Program-made: the position numbers and the translations under genes | The notes under the pieces: generated by a model | Database searches by the model: none | Told to the model about the DNA's origin: nothing | Seen by the model: only the letters and a program-made list of their open reading frames with translations | Shown: positions 18,133 through 29,503 of the stretch, in pieces | Position numbering within the stretch: position 1 is the first letter of the stretch | Layout of the letters: each line of letters starts with the position of its first letter | IMG/VR virus record: IMGVR_UViG_3300044632_001278 | DNA from: a virus | Strand: one strand, 5' to 3' | Length of the DNA stretch: 64,000 bases

Positions 18133-18606
18133 ATGAAAATAGAAGTGCTTAAAGAGTTTATTAAAAAAACAGTACAACAAGAAGTTCGCAACGTATTAAA
18201 GACTGAGTTGAAAAGTCAATTATCAGAAATATTTGCGAATAATTCATCAAAGCCTCAAAAAAAGACAAAATCTGCAGATTCTGATCTAGAAGCTAAAATT
18301 TTGAATGAACTTGAATCTATGAATGAATCAGTAGCAGAAGTTGAAACTAAGCCTACGAAGAAATATGTTAAATATACAAACAATCCAATGTTGAATGACA
18401 TATTAAATCAGACTACAGGAGGAGTACCACAAGAAGGTGGTATGGTTAGTATGATGGGTGGGTATGGATCAACTTCCTCTCAAGTAATTACAGAAACAAA
18501 AGCTCCCGAGAATGCTCCTGAACCAGTTAAATCTGTATATTCAGCTATGACCAGAGATTATTCTAAGTTGATGAGTGCTATAGAGAAGAAGAAATCTAAG
18601 ATTTAA
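18133..18606 (+). CDS. Hypothetical virion-associated protein
   Basis: ORF in the structural operon; NPMLNDILNQT motif. Confidence 0.7.
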   Translation: MKIEVLKEFIKKTVQQEVRNVLKTELKSQLSEIFANNSSKPQKKTKSADSDLEAKILNELESMNESVAEVETKPTKKYVKYTNNPMLNDILNQTTGGVPQEGGMVSMMGGYGSTSSQVITETKAPENAPEPVKSVYSAMTRDYSKLMSAIEKKKSKI

Positions 18607-18608
18607 TT

Positions 18609-19010
18609 ATGTCTAAAAAAGCACTAGGACTTAAAATACCTTTCAGATTGGGTCAAAATGGTTATTTTGAAACCAATGTGGATACTATTTCCCAAGTTTC
18701 GAGTAATATAAAGAATCTTTTATTAACACGACCTGGCGAACGTAGATTTAACAATGCGTTTGGGTCTTCTTTATATAAAGTATTGTTTGAACAGAATGAA
18801 TTACAAGAAATGTTGCCTATGTTGGTAAATCTTATTCAAAATGACGTAAATAGATTTATGAATGGGGTAATAGTAGAAGATGTTAAAGTTCAATTAGTAG
18901 AAAATGATGTTGTAAATAATGATTACAATAAAATATTTATAAAAGTAGCCTTTAGTTATAAAGAACTGAAGTCTACAACCGAAGTAATTATCACAAACAA
19001 TAATATATAA
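18609..19010 (+). CDS. Baseplate wedge subunit, gp25-like
   Basis: NIKNLLLTRPGERRFNNAFGSSL motif; size fits. Confidence 0.9.
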   Translation: MSKKALGLKIPFRLGQNGYFETNVDTISQVSSNIKNLLLTRPGERRFNNAFGSSLYKVLFEQNELQEMLPMLVNLIQNDVNRFMNGVIVEDVKVQLVENDVVNNDYNKIFIKVAFSYKELKSTTEVIITNNNI

Positions 19011-20995
19011 TGCAACAACTAATTAACAAAACATTCAAAGCTAATACAAAAGACGTTTTGTATTTAAATCGTGATTTTACTTCGTTAAAGCAACAACTGA
19101 TCGATTTTACCAAACAGTATTACCCACAAAGTTACAAGGACTTCAGTGAAAGTTCGCCAGGACAAATTTTTATTGAACAAGCTAGCTTTGTTGGTGATGT
19201 ACTATCTTACTACACTGATTATCAATTCAAAGAAAGTTTTATTCAATTTGCGGGTGAACGTAAGAACATTATAAATCAAGCACAATTTTTGGGTTATAAA
19301 CCAAAAGTGTCTTCAGTATCGTCTACATACGTAGAATTATTTCAATTATTACCAGCAACTCGTACATCAGGAGTTAATGGCGAATATATACCAGACGAAA
19401 GATATTGTTTGATTTTGAAACCATATACACAACTATCCAGTGTATCTGGTGTATCATTTATCGTTGAAGAAAGTGTAGATTTTAGTCAAGACACACTATT
19501 CTCACCAAGAGAAATAAGTGTTTACAATCGTGACAATACAGGTGCTCCATTGTTTTATTTGATAAAGAAAACAGCGCAGTGTTATTCAGGCAGAATTACA
19601 TCAAAGACTTTTAGTATTGGTGACCCGCAATCTTTCTTAAAAATTAAGTTGGATGAAACAAATGTTGTCAAAATAATAAGTGTGGTTGATTCAAATGGTA
19701 TTAACTATTATGAAACCCAATACTTGGCGCAAGATACCATTCCTATTTTGGTTGATAACGTTCCGCTTAATAATCAAACACTGTCACCATATAGAAATGA
19801 AACACCTAAGATTTTAAAGTATTTAAGAACTGAACGCAGATTTATAACAACAATAGATCAAAATAACTTCACTTACATCCAATTTGGAGCAAATACAGAA
19901 AATTACGAAAATACTGTTATTATACCAAATCCAACCAATGTTGGTGTAGCTCTATCCAATTTAAAAAATCTCAATATATCTTTGGATGGAACAAACGTAT
20001 TGAAAGCAAATTCTTATGGTGTATCTCCATCAAACACAACATTAACAGTTACTTATGTTGTAGGTGGTGGTTTGGATTCAAATGTAAATTCCGACGAAAT
20101 AAATAAGATTGCTAGTACCGATTATTTAAATGATGTCACTAGTTTGACTGACAGTGAAGTTATTTTATTAAATAACATAAAAAACTCATTGAGAGTAAAT
20201 AATCCACAGTCATCTACAGGTGGTAACAATGCTGAAACAGATGAAGAAATACGTCAAAGTGCAATATTGAATTTTTCTGCTCAAAACAGAATGGTTACAT
20301 CGGAGGACATTTTACTCAGAGTGTATTCGTTGCCAACGTATTTAGGCAATATCTCTAAAGCATATGTTGAAAGCAATTCAAATAGACGCATTCAATATAA
20401 CCAACTAATTAAAGGTATAGTGAATGAAAATGGAAATGAAACATTGGATCTAAATCCACTAAATCCATTGGATAGAAGAAAGTTTTTAGAAGCAAGTAAT
20501 CCATTTACCAACAATCTTTATTTGTTGGGATATGATGTTAATAAAAATTTAACCAAACTAAATCCTGCTACATTACAGAACTTAATAAGTTATCTGAATA
20601 ATTTCAAAATATTAACAGATAAAATTAACATTATAGACGGATATATTATTAATTTGGGATTGGAGTTTAAGATTACTGTTTTCAATGGTTTCAATAAACG
20701 AGATGTTTTAAATAATTGTATTCAATCCGTTAAAAGCTTTTTGAGCATTGATAATATGAGTTTTAATCAACCAATAAATCTCAGTCAACTTAACTTTGAA
20801 ATAATGAAAAACGAAGGCGTTCAATCTGTTATTGAATTGAAGATCAAGAATTTGACAATTGATGATGGTGATTATTCTCCCGTAGCATATAATGTAAGTA
20901 TTGCTACACAAAACAATATTCTTTATCCATCAAAAGACCCATCTGTATTTGAAATAAAATATCCAGACAATGACATTAAAGGATTGGTAGTATAA
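19010..20995 (+). CDS. Baseplate wedge subunit, gp6-like
   Basis: YLNRDFTSLK, DFSESSPG, GDVLSYY, AQFLGYKP, GG...ETDEEIR and QNRMVT motifs. Confidence 0.9.
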   Translation: MQQLINKTFKANTKDVLYLNRDFTSLKQQLIDFTKQYYPQSYKDFSESSPGQIFIEQASFVGDVLSYYTDYQFKESFIQFAGERKNIINQAQFLGYKPKVSSVSSTYVELFQLLPATRTSGVNGEYIPDERYCLILKPYTQLSSVSGVSFIVEESVDFSQDTLFSPREISVYNRDNTGAPLFYLIKKTAQCYSGRITSKTFSIGDPQSFLKIKLDETNVVKIISVVDSNGINYYETQYLAQDTIPILVDNVPLNNQTLSPYRNETPKILKYLRTERRFITTIDQNNFTYIQFGANTENYENTVIIPNPTNVGVALSNLKNLNISLDGTNVLKANSYGVSPSNTTLTVTYVVGGGLDSNVNSDEINKIASTDYLNDVTSLTDSEVILLNNIKNSLRVNNPQSSTGGNNAETDEEIRQSAILNFSAQNRMVTSEDILLRVYSLPTYLGNISKAYVESNSNRRIQYNQLIKGIVNENGNETLDLNPLNPLDRRKFLEASNPFTNNLYLLGYDVNKNLTKLNPATLQNLISYLNNFKILTDKINIIDGYIINLGLEFKITVFNGFNKRDVLNNCIQSVKSFLSIDNMSFNQPINLSQLNFEIMKNEGVQSVIELKIKNLTIDDGDYSPVAYNVSIATQNNILYPSKDPSVFEIKYPDNDIKGLVV

Positions 20996-20996
20996 T

Positions 20997-22664
20997 ATGC
21001 ATATTTTTATTTATCCATCTCAAGACACTTATATTAACAATTCTGACAAATACCAAAACAAAAATTTTGGGTTGGACGAAGTGTTAGAGATATACGCCTC
21101 TAACTCAGGCAAAACAACGGTTTATACAGATCCAAATTGGCACACGCCTCCTCTTACTGCCTCTTCATATGGCAATAATGGATGGTTAGCTTATACTACA
21201 TCTTCACTATTTATCTACTCTGGTAGTAAATGGTATGCATATAGTCTTACTTCATCTGTAATACCAAATACGTCATTTATTGCTAATTTCACAGGCAGAT
21301 TATCAAATGTTACTACTGCTCCTAGAAAATCTCTTTATATTTCTGGATCAGCTATATCCGCATCTGGCAGATTTGTAGGAAGTATTACAGGATCAAACTG
21401 TGTAAGCAGATCTTTCAGTGGTAGTTTCTCCAGTTCAAGTTTTAAATCAATTATTAACACAAATACCTCAAGTGTATCTTATTATGTTGATGTGGTAAAT
21501 TTCGCTGGATATTTTAAAGGACAATATAGTGGATCTTTTACTCGTCCATCAACAGCCACATATCTTAATTATCCAGAGTTTAGTAGAACTATGATCAAGT
21601 TTGACTTAACCACATTAAGTCAATCAATTTCTAAAAATGAAATTAGTAGTTCAAAATTAAAATTTACGTTGAATTTAAAAGCCTGTGGTATGAGAAATCT
21701 ACCACTAAACTACTCCATTTATGCTTATCCTATAAGTCAGAGTTGGGAAAATGGAAATGGTAGATATGCCGATGATGGTTCTCAATTGGGAGCTACTTGG
21801 AACAATAGAGCTTACTCAGGAAGCAATTTGTGGTACGGCAGTAAAATAACAAATAGTTATCAACAAGTAAATTATTTATTAACCGCATCATATTCCAGTG
21901 CTAGTTTTCAAAATCAAGGCGGAACTTGGTATTACAAAGTACCAGCATCATATACAAACAAACCAAAGTGGATTTGTAATTCCGTGGCTTTTCCTTCGTT
22001 GGTAAATAACGGATTAATTTGCAGTCAATCATTTAGTTACGGACAACAAAGTGATATATCGATGGACATCACTACTATCGTTCGTTCTTGGTTGTGTGGG
22101 TGTGTTCCAAATAACGGACTAATGTTATTGACTTCATTTGAAATAAGTACACCTCCTCTTCAACCAACCAACGGGTTGTTACAATTTTTCAGCAAGGATA
22201 CCAATACAATTTACAGTCCATATATTGATATGGGTTGGGATGATACTGTATTTAATACAGGTAGTTTAAAACCAGTATCTTCTTCCATACAAAACTTGGT
22301 TACATTGCAACAGTTAAATAGTACATATAAAGCTGGTAGTGTTGCTAAAATATTTGTGTTCGCCAGAGATAAATATCCTCTTAAAACATTTAATAAATCA
22401 TATCAACAACCAGCTATGGTTACTCCTAAGTATCTGCCAACATCTTCATATTATATGGTTAAAGATGCTGAGTCTGAGGAAGTTTTGATTAATTTCGATA
22501 ACTATACCAAGTTAAGTTGCGATGCTACGTATGGTAATTATTTTAAATTAAATACAAATGGATTGCCTCAAGAACGATATTTAACAGTATTTATTAAGGT
22601 AGAGTACAAAGATGGGACAGTTGACATCGTTGATACCGGAAAAATATTTAAAATAACGCGTTAG
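20997..22664 (+). CDS. Virion structural protein (DNRLRE-like beta-domain plus C-terminal Ig-like domain)
   Basis: DTYI...NFGLDEVLEI, SRTMIKFDL, SWENGNG, NNGLML, FFSKDT...P; located in the baseplate block. Confidence 0.55.
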   Translation: MHIFIYPSQDTYINNSDKYQNKNFGLDEVLEIYASNSGKTTVYTDPNWHTPPLTASSYGNNGWLAYTTSSLFIYSGSKWYAYSLTSSVIPNTSFIANFTGRLSNVTTAPRKSLYISGSAISASGRFVGSITGSNCVSRSFSGSFSSSSFKSIINTNTSSVSYYVDVVNFAGYFKGQYSGSFTRPSTATYLNYPEFSRTMIKFDLTTLSQSISKNEISSSKLKFTLNLKACGMRNLPLNYSIYAYPISQSWENGNGRYADDGSQLGATWNNRAYSGSNLWYGSKITNSYQQVNYLLTASYSSASFQNQGGTWYYKVPASYTNKPKWICNSVAFPSLVNNGLICSQSFSYGQQSDISMDITTIVRSWLCGCVPNNGLMLLTSFEISTPPLQPTNGLLQFFSKDTNTIYSPYIDMGWDDTVFNTGSLKPVSSSIQNLVTLQQLNSTYKAGSVAKIFVFARDKYPLKTFNKSYQQPAMVTPKYLPTSSYYMVKDAESEEVLINFDNYTKLSCDATYGNYFKLNTNGLPQERYLTVFIKVEYKDGTVDIVDTGKIFKITR

Positions 22665-22665
22665 T

Positions 22666-23142
22666 ATGGCAAATATACCATTAGTATATAATGTATCTTT
22701 AAGTGATGTACAAACATTTAAAGACTTTGGTACTTTCCAAAACAATTTTGATGATTTTGGAAATGATCAATTGGTTTATAACATATCACAGTCGCTTGAA
22801 GGTAAATACAACTATATAAAAGTACCAATAAAAAGTTTTTTATATAATGAAAACAAAATCGTTGATACTTCACAATCGGATTTTACTGAATTACAAACAA
22901 CTGCGGTCGAAGAAAAGAGAAATTTAACAGATGTTATAACACAATATAATAACGTGCTGGTCGAGAACAGAATTTTAAATCAAACGGTAAATGAATTAGT
23001 AGAAAAATACGAAAACAATGACGATAAACAAGTTATTGCAGCTATGAAAAACCAAATTATTGGTTTACGAATCCAATTGGGACAAGGAAAAGTTGCTTCG
23101 GATTTCGATGATGATTACCCATTTTTACCATTAACTTCTTGA
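22666..23142 (+). CDS. Hypothetical coiled-coil protein
   Basis: Tightly packed ORF. Confidence 0.7.
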   Translation: MANIPLVYNVSLSDVQTFKDFGTFQNNFDDFGNDQLVYNISQSLEGKYNYIKVPIKSFLYNENKIVDTSQSDFTELQTTAVEEKRNLTDVITQYNNVLVENRILNQTVNELVEKYENNDDKQVIAAMKNQIIGLRIQLGQGKVASDFDDDYPFLPLTS

Positions 23143-23143
23143 T

Positions 23144-26100
23144 ATGCCTTACGACTATTTAACAATAAATGATAACGATTTAAATAAGGGTCTTACAAGT
23201 GCATCTTATTTTTCCACTGATTTACAGGCTTTATACGAACAACAACTAATCAGTGAGGATATATTTTACGGCGAATCCGATGATGATTTGTTTGAATTTA
23301 CACTGTATAATAATAACCAACAACTTATAAATTTCAACAGAGTAGTTCCATCTGTAACATATTCTGTATTGCAAGGTAGTTACAGAGACATTAATAACGT
23401 ATTAAGATCATATAGATTTGCAAATCCATTTACGAATGTGGTATCGTACAAAAACGATATTCTATTACATCCACAATTCGACTTAAATGCAAATGGAGTT
23501 GGTCCTGGTTTATATTATTTGTTGTATAACCCAGTTAGAAATATAGCCGGTAATCCAACAAATAGATTGGTTATAAAAGAAATATCTCCTAGTAGAACTG
23601 AGATACGTTTATCTTACGCATTTGATGTAAATAAGAATGAAACATCTAGATTAGACGCGATTAAAATTTCAACATTTGCGGATAAAAAATATTTGTTGTT
23701 GAGAATTTATCAAGACTTAACTGCAATCATTAATAATAATCCAATTGAAAAAGATTTTCTATCTAACAAAGACAAATACAACTACACAGACATCTGTTTG
23801 AAGTTGGGTCTAAAAAGTGAAGCAGAACTACAAGAGTTTGTTAATTCAACATATGTTGGATATAATAGTATTATTAAGTTGAACGGTGATACAGATTCAA
23901 CAATTTTACAAACAAACAAATTTACAGGTGTTCAAGAACAAATCAACAATTTTATTTACACTTACAACAATACAGAGTTTACAGAAGCTGAAGTATTGGA
24001 GTCATTTAGAATTATCACATTAAAGGTATCTCAAGATAGAATATTACAAAAGAGTTCTATAAATGATATTGATCTACAAAACATACTTGGTTTATTTGAA
24101 CAAACAATTTATACAGATTGGATATTGCCCAATGTAACTAAATTGTTAGAAAATTACCGAATCAAATACTACGGTCTTTATAAAAATGCTTTAAATTTTG
24201 ATAATGGCAATTTGATCAAGATTTTAACTCATACAAATTATTTAAATCCAACTGATGGTGCGGTCAATGTACAAGTAAAACTAGATGCGCCTTTACCTTT
24301 ACAATATAATGTAAAAACCACTTGTTGGATATCAAATATTTCAATTGCTCCTCTTTATTTTAAAGTTAACTTGTTTTCTTCAAAGATATCAAGAAAGGTA
24401 TTTTTAAATGACATAAACTTTGATGTACAAATATCTAAAGTCAGTCCTTCTACAGAAAAATATGATGGCAACGATTCTTTCACACTAGATAAATCCAAAA
24501 TAAGATTGAAAGAAAAGTATAATGATTTATACATCGATTATACAGATTTTAATAATTTCATCAATTATTCTTCTGCCGAACTACGCACTAAAATAGCTAA
24601 GAATAAGATTAAAGATTATAATCAACTTGACTATGTTAAAAAGTCTACGATTACATCATCTTTAAATACAAGTGGTATAATTTCTTCTTCATATGGAGAG
24701 CTAGTTAGCCAAAAAACTGCTCAACAAATTGCTTTGTTGGATACATTTGATGAATATGAGTCTTATTTGTTTTTTAACTCATCTAGTATAGATGATAAAA
24801 TTGAAGAAGCTATTGTATATGATTCAGACAACTATAATAGCTTGGTGTATCAACTTCCGGCATATGTAAAGGAAGATTCCGATTCCGCTGATTATATTAA
24901 ATTTACAGCAATGGTGGGACATTTTTTTGATAACATCTTGGTGTTTATAAAGAAGTTTCCTAAGTCATATCCAATTTCAAATAACGATTCAAATTATTAC
25001 CCAAAAAATTACATAGACGAACTACTCAATAGTTTTAGTTGGAATATTGATATTGATAAGTTTACTCAAAGTGATTTGAATCAATTATATTTTAATAATC
25101 AAGATATTGCTGGGTATAGTTCTTCTTCTTATTTTGATTATGCGAAATCTATATTAAACAGATTTGCCAATAACATTTCTTCTGTTTATAAATCCAAAGG
25201 AACTGTAAATTCATTTGAAATGATCCGAACTATGTTTGGAATTCCAGCTGGAATAATAACTACCAGAGAATATGGAAGTGCGGATGCTTTTTCAAACCGT
25301 GATAATTACTTTGTTTACGATGACATAATCTATATGACTGATTTCAAGGAAAACAATTTCTTGAATTTTGAACATACAAGCAGTGACTTTGTTTACACAA
25401 CCAGTAGTTATTATGCTTCGGGATCTAATATCAATACTTTTACTAGTAGCACTGAATATACTTCCCGATTTAATGGTATATCTACAATTGAATTTTCTTT
25501 TAGATTCAAATCTACAAACTATGACTTTGGAGATAAGATCAAATTGATGTCCAAATACAGAAATAAAAAATCTGATTGGGATTTATACATTAAAAAATCA
25601 AAGCAAGTTAATTCAGGTCAGTTGGTATTTGAAATTCACCCATACGAATTGGGAAATACAACTTCAAGTTTAACATTAAATGAGTTACCTCTATTAAACG
25701 GGGAAATTTTTACAGTGATGTTAAAGCGTGAGCCTGTGCCAGGAGATTTTGACAAATTAAATGTAAGTTCAAGCAAGATTACAAATCAAGTTACACCGTT
25801 TATTATAGAAGATGATGGTGACTTTGTAATAGAAGATGACGGAGATTTTGTAACATTAGCTTCACAGAAAACAACACTAACTTCATCATACTACGTTAAC
25901 TCGACCAAAGAATTGATTCCATATATTTATAGTTTGTCTACAAATCAATATGATGGAAGTACCAAAAACTTTTCAGCAACAAAACGTAAAGTTATAAGTC
26001 ATACTGTAAATAAAAACTTTTCTTCGGGAAGTTATTATATTGGCAATTATTCATCATCTGTATCATTTATAGGAAATCTAGATAAAATAAAAGTTTTAAG

Positions 26101-27658
26101 AGATCCACTTGATAATCAATATTTTGATGAACATTCATATAACTTGGATTCAATATCAATTCCAGATAAAGAAAATGTTTATTCCAATTTGTTTTATTTG
26201 TGGAGTTTTGATACTCCTGTGAATTTATATTCACCTAGTTCTATTAGTAAAACAGTAGATAATCAAAACATTTATTATCAAACCCAATTCAATGCATATA
26301 ATTTTGGACAAAAAGAAAAGTATTTTAGTTATCCAACTTGTTCAAATGTATTGATAGATGAATTTCCATATCAATTTGATAAGATTAACGTAAAACAAAC
26401 CGTTAATACTAACAACTTCGGCCCTAACTACAAGATTAATAGCAAGATAAATAAAATAACAGAGACCGCTTTATCTAATCTTACCCCTTATGATTATTCC
26501 ACCAGAATTCAAGATAGTTTGGGTGATGATTCAATACTCTCTGGATTTTTCATAAGTCCATATAATTATTTAAATCAAAAAATAGAGAATTTCATAGGGT
26601 TGGATGGTATAGCTGATATCATTGGTGAGCCAGAAAACTTAACTAAACAAAATTATGTTGGGTTGGACACATTACAACGTGAGTTTGGTAAAATAAATGA
26701 GAAATACATATACCCTCAAGAATTTTACAGTACGTACAAATTTTATATCGACTTTTCAATATTTGATGTCGTAAGTAAGTTAAAACCAGCAAGATCTAAT
26801 TTATTAACAGGTGTTCTATTGGAACCAAGTTTATTTGAACGTAAAAAATTTAACTACAGAGATGTAGAATTTGTAACAAACAACGAATTTGATTTATACT
26901 TTAACAATAAAGCATCATTTACATCTTCCTTGTTAAACACAAACAATACATCTAGCTTTACTATAATAACCAGTTCACGTGTTAACGATATTACCCAAGA
27001 TCAAAATACTTATAATTATTCCCGTCTTGAAATAAAAGACGTAATAGATAGTCGTGATTTTATTTACGCAAAATATGGAAAGTACGTATATGTTGATTCA
27101 AATGGATATAATGTACGTGATACAGTTAATGTAGGCAAAAAAGATTATTATCAATCTGTTAATAACACTGGATTTGTGGTAACATTTACCTCTTCGTTCA
27201 ATGAAGTTCAAGTTATTGGATCTGGGTCTGTCACGGGAAGTAAATACTTAAAAAATTACTATAAAGGCGCTGCTTTTAATAGTGGATATTCCAATAGACA
27301 CTTGAGTAAGTTCTCATTTGTCGGTAGTAGAACACAGTATCAAGCCTTGAGCGGTTCTAAAACACAACTGGTAAACGGACTAAAATTAAATAATGGCGGT
27401 AATATCACATATTATACTTATACAAAGGGTAAAAATGATAAAAATACTACCGTAGACAGAAGCGGTATTACAAACGGAAGTGAACCAGTTATAACAGTAC
27501 CTGGATTTTTAAGTTTGAATATAGAAACCAACAATGCACCTGCTTATGGTGATACAACTGGTTCTATAGGAAGTCCAGATTCATTGTTTACACAACTACC
27601 ACTAACAGCTTCTTTACAGACCAGCGCAAGTTTGGAAAGATACATAATGAATTTATAA
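23144..27658 (+). CDS. Large baseplate structural protein (1504 aa, gp7-like region)
   Basis: EISPSRTEIR; MVGHFFDNI and YKSKGTV...FGIP...REYG resemble wedge/tail protein I modules; LamG-like middle region. Confidence 0.6.
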   Translation: MPYDYLTINDNDLNKGLTSASYFSTDLQALYEQQLISEDIFYGESDDDLFEFTLYNNNQQLINFNRVVPSVTYSVLQGSYRDINNVLRSYRFANPFTNVVSYKNDILLHPQFDLNANGVGPGLYYLLYNPVRNIAGNPTNRLVIKEISPSRTEIRLSYAFDVNKNETSRLDAIKISTFADKKYLLLRIYQDLTAIINNNPIEKDFLSNKDKYNYTDICLKLGLKSEAELQEFVNSTYVGYNSIIKLNGDTDSTILQTNKFTGVQEQINNFIYTYNNTEFTEAEVLESFRIITLKVSQDRILQKSSINDIDLQNILGLFEQTIYTDWILPNVTKLLENYRIKYYGLYKNALNFDNGNLIKILTHTNYLNPTDGAVNVQVKLDAPLPLQYNVKTTCWISNISIAPLYFKVNLFSSKISRKVFLNDINFDVQISKVSPSTEKYDGNDSFTLDKSKIRLKEKYNDLYIDYTDFNNFINYSSAELRTKIAKNKIKDYNQLDYVKKSTITSSLNTSGIISSSYGELVSQKTAQQIALLDTFDEYESYLFFNSSSIDDKIEEAIVYDSDNYNSLVYQLPAYVKEDSDSADYIKFTAMVGHFFDNILVFIKKFPKSYPISNNDSNYYPKNYIDELLNSFSWNIDIDKFTQSDLNQLYFNNQDIAGYSSSSYFDYAKSILNRFANNISSVYKSKGTVNSFEMIRTMFGIPAGIITTREYGSADAFSNRDNYFVYDDIIYMTDFKENNFLNFEHTSSDFVYTTSSYYASGSNINTFTSSTEYTSRFNGISTIEFSFRFKSTNYDFGDKIKLMSKYRNKKSDWDLYIKKSKQVNSGQLVFEIHPYELGNTTSSLTLNELPLLNGEIFTVMLKREPVPGDFDKLNVSSSKITNQVTPFIIEDDGDFVIEDDGDFVTLASQKTTLTSSYYVNSTKELIPYIYSLSTNQYDGSTKNFSATKRKVISHTVNKNFSSGSYYIGNYSSSVSFIGNLDKIKVLRDPLDNQYFDEHSYNLDSISIPDKENVYSNLFYLWSFDTPVNLYSPSSISKTVDNQNIYYQTQFNAYNFGQKEKYFSYPTCSNVLIDEFPYQFDKINVKQTVNTNNFGPNYKINSKINKITETALSNLTPYDYSTRIQDSLGDDSILSGFFISPYNYLNQKIENFIGLDGIADIIGEPENLTKQNYVGLDTLQREFGKINEKYIYPQEFYSTYKFYIDFSIFDVVSKLKPARSNLLTGVLLEPSLFERKKFNYRDVEFVTNNEFDLYFNNKASFTSSLLNTNNTSSFTIITSSRVNDITQDQNTYNYSRLEIKDVIDSRDFIYAKYGKYVYVDSNGYNVRDTVNVGKKDYYQSVNNTGFVVTFTSSFNEVQVIGSGSVTGSKYLKNYYKGAAFNSGYSNRHLSKFSFVGSRTQYQALSGSKTQLVNGLKLNNGGNITYYTYTKGKNDKNTTVDRSGITNGSEPVITVPGFLSLNIETNNAPAYGDTTGSIGSPDSLFTQLPLTASLQTSASLERYIMNL

Positions 27659-27704
27659 TTCATATTTTTGAGTAAAATTTAAAACTTATCAATAATTATT
27701 ATAT

Positions 27705-28346
27705 ATGGCATATTTAAATAACAACATTCTTACAGTGAATGCTGTATTGACTAAAAAGGGAAGAGAAATACTCGCAAAAACAGGCGGTTTGAATATCACA
27801 GCCTTTGCTTTGGCGGATGATGAAATTGACTATACTCAATTCAATCCAAATCATCCACTAGGCAGTGCATATTACGACATTGCAATTCGTAACACTCCAA
27901 TTCAAGAACCTATTACTGATGAATCACAGTCAATGAAGTATAAGTTGGTAACTCTAAACGATGGTGTAACATCTGTACCTACTATTATCTTGAATATCTC
28001 AGAAATCACTGTTCCAAGAGACTATACTGGGGAAAGTTTAATTAGTCCAAGTACAAATCCAACTTATAATGTTACACTTGGATATACAGCCATTTTGGCC
28101 AATAAGAACGTTGGAACTTTGATTGTGACCGAAACAAATAGTTTAAATTCAACAAGTGCCACAATTCCTACTTTCTCAGGAGATCTAACTTCACAAACAT
28201 CACAAGTAGTTGTTGGTAATAAATTCAGATTTGTACCAAACGCTGGTTTGTCTAAACTAACAACCACTAATATTACAATTATTGGAAATGAAAGTGGCGG
28301 TAATACATCAATTACAGTGACAGTTAAAGTTCCAACAACAACATAA
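27705..28346 (+). CDS. Baseplate/fibre-attachment structural protein
   Basis: AVLTKKGREILA...ITAFALADDEIDY, typical of fibre-proximal N-terminal domains. Confidence 0.6.
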   Translation: MAYLNNNILTVNAVLTKKGREILAKTGGLNITAFALADDEIDYTQFNPNHPLGSAYYDIAIRNTPIQEPITDESQSMKYKLVTLNDGVTSVPTIILNISEITVPRDYTGESLISPSTNPTYNVTLGYTAILANKNVGTLIVTETNSLNSTSATIPTFSGDLTSQTSQVVVGNKFRFVPNAGLSKLTTTNITIIGNESGGNTSITVTVKVPTTT

Positions 28347-28348
28347 TT

Positions 28349-29467
28349 ATGATATTTAGTAAATTTAATAACGATGACATCGTAGTAGGTAGAATTAATC
28401 AAGTATCTTCTGGTTTATTCGGAACTGGTAGTTTATTTGTTAGTCAATCTACGTTTGTGACACAATCAGGTGTTACTGGTCAAGCTAATCAACTCACTGG
28501 CTCCAGTCCATACGATGTAAGAAACGGTCAGTATTATTTAGATATTTATTCTGGCGGAGACTTATACTTTGATGTTGCATATGGTGACTATGCTAATAGT
28601 GGAAGTTCTCGTTTTGACGTTACGACTTACTCAACTCCTGTATTGACCAATGAAACTAAGGTCATTTACTCTCAATACAAAAACACACTTTTACAACCAG
28701 GCGACAATTTGTTTACCTTCGCATCTGGAAGCGTCGATAAAACTGTTGAAAGCCAAGCAATTTATGTAATTAGCTATGCCGCTGATAAATTCAAGGATCA
28801 AATTGACCCAGGCCAAATACAAATTACATTTAGTGGCTCAATCGCACCTAAGAAATTTACCTTTATTGATGATTCTCAAGTAGTGAATAAACAACAGAAC
28901 TCATACAATTTGATCTCTGGATCAATTGTAAATGGTATTGCTACTCCTTATTTAAAGAATGGATCTCCAGTATATGCCGGAATAGGATTGGTTTATCCAT
29001 CAAATGGAGTTATAGTGTTTAATGCTATAAATCTAGATAAATACGTGGGTATTACCGCAGGACAACAGATTTTGAATCGCGCTAACTATTCCAATAGTGT
29101 AACTTCTACAAATCGAAGTGGATATTGGAAAGTATGGACCAGAGATTTTTATAACGCAATCAGAAGATCTAATTTAACGATGGGCGTGAGAAAGTCTGAA
29201 TTTGTGCCATCTACAAATTATTTCGTTCGTGTGAAGAACAAAGAGTTTAACTATAGTAACAATCCAACTTTTGTTTCAGATGGTAAAGATGGCTTGACTA
29301 AAGGAACTATTATCTATCAAGATTTAATTAATAATCCACGAACCTATATTACTTCAGTTGGTTTGTATAATGATAATAATGAACTGTTAGCAATTGGTAA
29401 AATTAGTCAACCAACGATGAAATCATTTGATAATGAGTTACTAATTAAGGTGAGAATAGATTTCTAA
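28349..29467 (+). CDS. Virion structural protein
   Basis: C-terminal EFNYSNNPT...YITSVGLYNDNNELLAIGKISQP domain. Confidence 0.65.
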   Translation: MIFSKFNNDDIVVGRINQVSSGLFGTGSLFVSQSTFVTQSGVTGQANQLTGSSPYDVRNGQYYLDIYSGGDLYFDVAYGDYANSGSSRFDVTTYSTPVLTNETKVIYSQYKNTLLQPGDNLFTFASGSVDKTVESQAIYVISYAADKFKDQIDPGQIQITFSGSIAPKKFTFIDDSQVVNKQQNSYNLISGSIVNGIATPYLKNGSPVYAGIGLVYPSNGVIVFNAINLDKYVGITAGQQILNRANYSNSVTSTNRSGYWKVWTRDFYNAIRRSNLTMGVRKSEFVPSTNYFVRVKNKEFNYSNNPTFVSDGKDGLTKGTIIYQDLINNPRTYITSVGLYNDNNELLAIGKISQPTMKSFDNELLIKVRIDF

Positions 29468-29503
29468 TCTATAATAGTTTGTTTTTATTCTATTTATAAT
29501 AGA

